A DNA stretch of 63,548 nt, the filler included, from Sphacelaria rigidula (lineage: Eukaryota): NCBI GenBank assembly GCA_964200075.2. It is 11 parts of 11 records of this genome, joined end to end, with 100 filler letters (N's around TTAATTAATTAA, not from the genome) between each part and the next. Parts side by side here need not be neighbours in the genome. Positions count along the whole stretch, not along the records: positions 57,863 to 63,548 come from CAXNAA020025260.1; 10 more parts are not named here. One strand, given 5' to 3'. Below are positions 61,512 through 63,548 of this stretch, piece after piece. Each line of letters begins with the position of its first letter. Position 1 is the stretch's first letter. The notes below the pieces were generated by a model that did no database searches, had not been told where the DNA came from, and was given only the letters and a program-made list of their open reading frames with translations. The position numbers and the translations under genes are program-made.

Positions 61512-63103
61512 GTGCTCCCTGAAGTGATGGACCATTATTTCTCGCCGCTCCCAATCAACGTGAGGAAGGAGCTGGATCTGGAAACAACGCTTGGGGGAGG
61601 GGCAGTTACAACGCTTGCCGATAAAGCGGACTGGAAACCAACACTTGAAATTACCACGTTCGCTTCACCGGCAAGTGTTGTAACTGCCCCTCCTCCAAGC
61701 GTCACTTCAGGGGCGGATGATGCATCGTGCGACGCAGTCGAGGAAGATGCTGACGGTATCGGGAACGGGATCGGCAACGCCGATCGTCGGGGGGGAGGAG
61801 GCCCATTCTAGTACCGTCGCCGCCGCCGCCGCGCCGTCAGCAGAGCAGCATCACGGGACGCCGCTCGCCGGGGGGGGAAGGTCCAAACGCCGCTCGTCGG
61901 GGGGGAGGAGCTTCATGGCAGCACCGCTGCCGCCGTCGCCACACCGCTGCTCCCGCCGACATATCACACAGTGGAGTTCGAGTCGCCGCTGCCGCCGCCG
62001 CCGCCGCGCCAGCAGACTCCTCCGACTCAGCCGATTCTGCCGCCGCCGCGCCCGCCGACTCCGCCGACTCAGCCGGTACTACCGCCGCCGACGGACCCGT
62101 CCACTACCGATGCATCGATCGCCGCCGACATCCCCGCCGATCTTCTCCAGCTCTTCGGCCCCGATCCCGTCCCCGATACCGTCAGTATCTTCCTCGACTG
62201 CGTCGCGCGATGCATCGTCTGCTCCTGAAGTGGTGGACCAATCTTTCTCGTCGCTCCCAATCAACGTGAGGAAGGAGCTGGATCCGAAAACAGACCCCCG
62301 ACAGCCAGGGCGGACGCGGTCAGGGTCGACGCAATACAAGACAGACAAAGCTGCACTCTTGCACCACAGCTGGGGACTCATGCAGCAGTTGGATAAGCGA
62401 TCTTTGCTGTCTGCTCTCCTCACGCGCGGCGTGGTTGATGCCGGGCGACAGGGCAACGATGTTGAGAAAGGGGGCCCGGGGGGATACCGATGTGACTCGC
62501 GACGAGACTGGCGACGCGTGAAGATGTAGATACCGCTTTGCGTGAGCAGTGCCCGCCGCACATCCCACTGGAACTCCCACATTGTCCAGCAAAGGATCTG
62601 AAGGTCCCCAACGGATACACGCAGGTGGTGAGTTCGGAGTACGGTGATTTATGGAGGGACTCGAAGGGGCGGGAATGGCGGGGAATTCTGGAGGCGGGGA
62701 CGATAAACTCAGCGGAAGAGCAACTCGTGGACAACTATATCCATGCAAGTGGGTATATAACTGGAAGGCGGACGAGTTTGGATGGCCCACGAAGATGAAG
62801 TCGAGACTAGTAGCAAGAGGAGATATGCAGAGGGAGAACATAGATTTTGGAGAGTTGTATGCTCCCACTGTAGCAGTTTCTAGCGTACGTTTGTTGGCGC
62901 CTCTGGCATGTGAGCCAAATCTTGCGTTGCGCCATTTTGATATCGAACAAGCTTTTGTACAGTCTGAGTTGGACGAGGATGTTTTCATGCGGTTGCCACT
63001 TGGTTGTGGAAGACTCAGCAAAAGTTTGTACGGATTGAAACAGGCAAGTAGGCAGTGGCATAATCACCTGGCGGAGTATTTATTTGTCTTGGGATTTGAT
63101 TAG
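61512..63103 (+). mobile_element. Degenerate Ty1/copia retrotransposon (integrase-RT linker and RT)
   Basis: KWVYNWK..KSRLVARGDMQRENIDFGELYAP..SVRLL..HFDIEQAFVQSELDEDVFMRLP..KSLYGLKQASRQW (RVT_2 motifs), with frameshifts upstream. Confidence 0.93.
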
Positions 63104-63524
63104 TGCACTTTTCTGGGTTTTTACGTTTTGGGTGAAGAGTATAATATACATTTATCAACAAGGGAATCAATTCAACAGCAGAGGTCCCACGACCTTTTCT
63201 CACACATAAACCCCAGCGCCGAGTAGGAGATTCAGCCCTTATTCATGACCTCCTCACATCGGAATATTTCTGGAAAGCTACTCGTACGGTACCGATGTAA
63301 TCACGCGACCAGCGTGTGCTCCAGATTGCAGCATGGACGGACTCCTACGCGCCACACTAGCAACAATTAGGTCACCACCATAGGTATCTTTTTTCACTCC
63401 GCATGTCAAGAAGGTCTCTACAAGTGTTTGATCTATCATACGCCCCCCTCAACTGGCGTGTGGCACGTTGTTCTCGTCGGGCACCCAGAGGGTCAGATGT
63501 GGGTAAACTCAATGATAAGTAACA
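63104..63524 (-). mobile_element. Probable 3' LTR (~421 bp) of a second LTR element inserted into the copia RT
   Basis: TG...CA termini. The minus strand has a purine tract GGGGGGG (63525-63531) directly before TGTTAC. Copia RT homology stops at this boundary. Confidence 0.6.
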
Positions 63525-63548
63525 CCCCCCCAGTTCAAATTGAATCTA

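Overview
This window is not one locus. It is 11 unrelated contigs of about 5.69 kb joined by identical 100-bp artificial linkers (44 N + TTAATTAATTAA + 44 N). The DNA is eukaryotic, intron-rich and repeat-rich. It most resembles a brown alga or related stramenopile; this is an inference from GT-AG introns, a spliced NAD(P)H nitrite reductase, Gly/Ser/Ala-rich exons and a DIRS/Ngaro-type RT. Host genes: four phase-consistent exons of an NirB-type NAD(P)H nitrite reductase, the last exon of a DEAD-box helicase, a decayed protein kinase, a decayed 24-aa repeat protein and a probable multi-exon low-complexity/Cys-motif gene. Decayed retroelements: Ty3/gypsy, Ty1/copia with a nested LTR, DIRS/Ngaro, an APE-type LINE and an RTE LINE. 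There are also at least six MITE families with readable TIRs and TSDs (TA, TTA, TTAA, 4 bp, 8 bp), often nested. The most interesting signal is a ~70-nt poly(C)-tailed retroposon-like family with a 13-bp TSD that sits just upstream of three predicted 3' splice sites. A ~320-bp near-perfect inverted repeat carrying a tRNA-like head in each arm is also notable. No prokaryotic operon, CRISPR array or rRNA was found. All calls were made by eye, without database searches.
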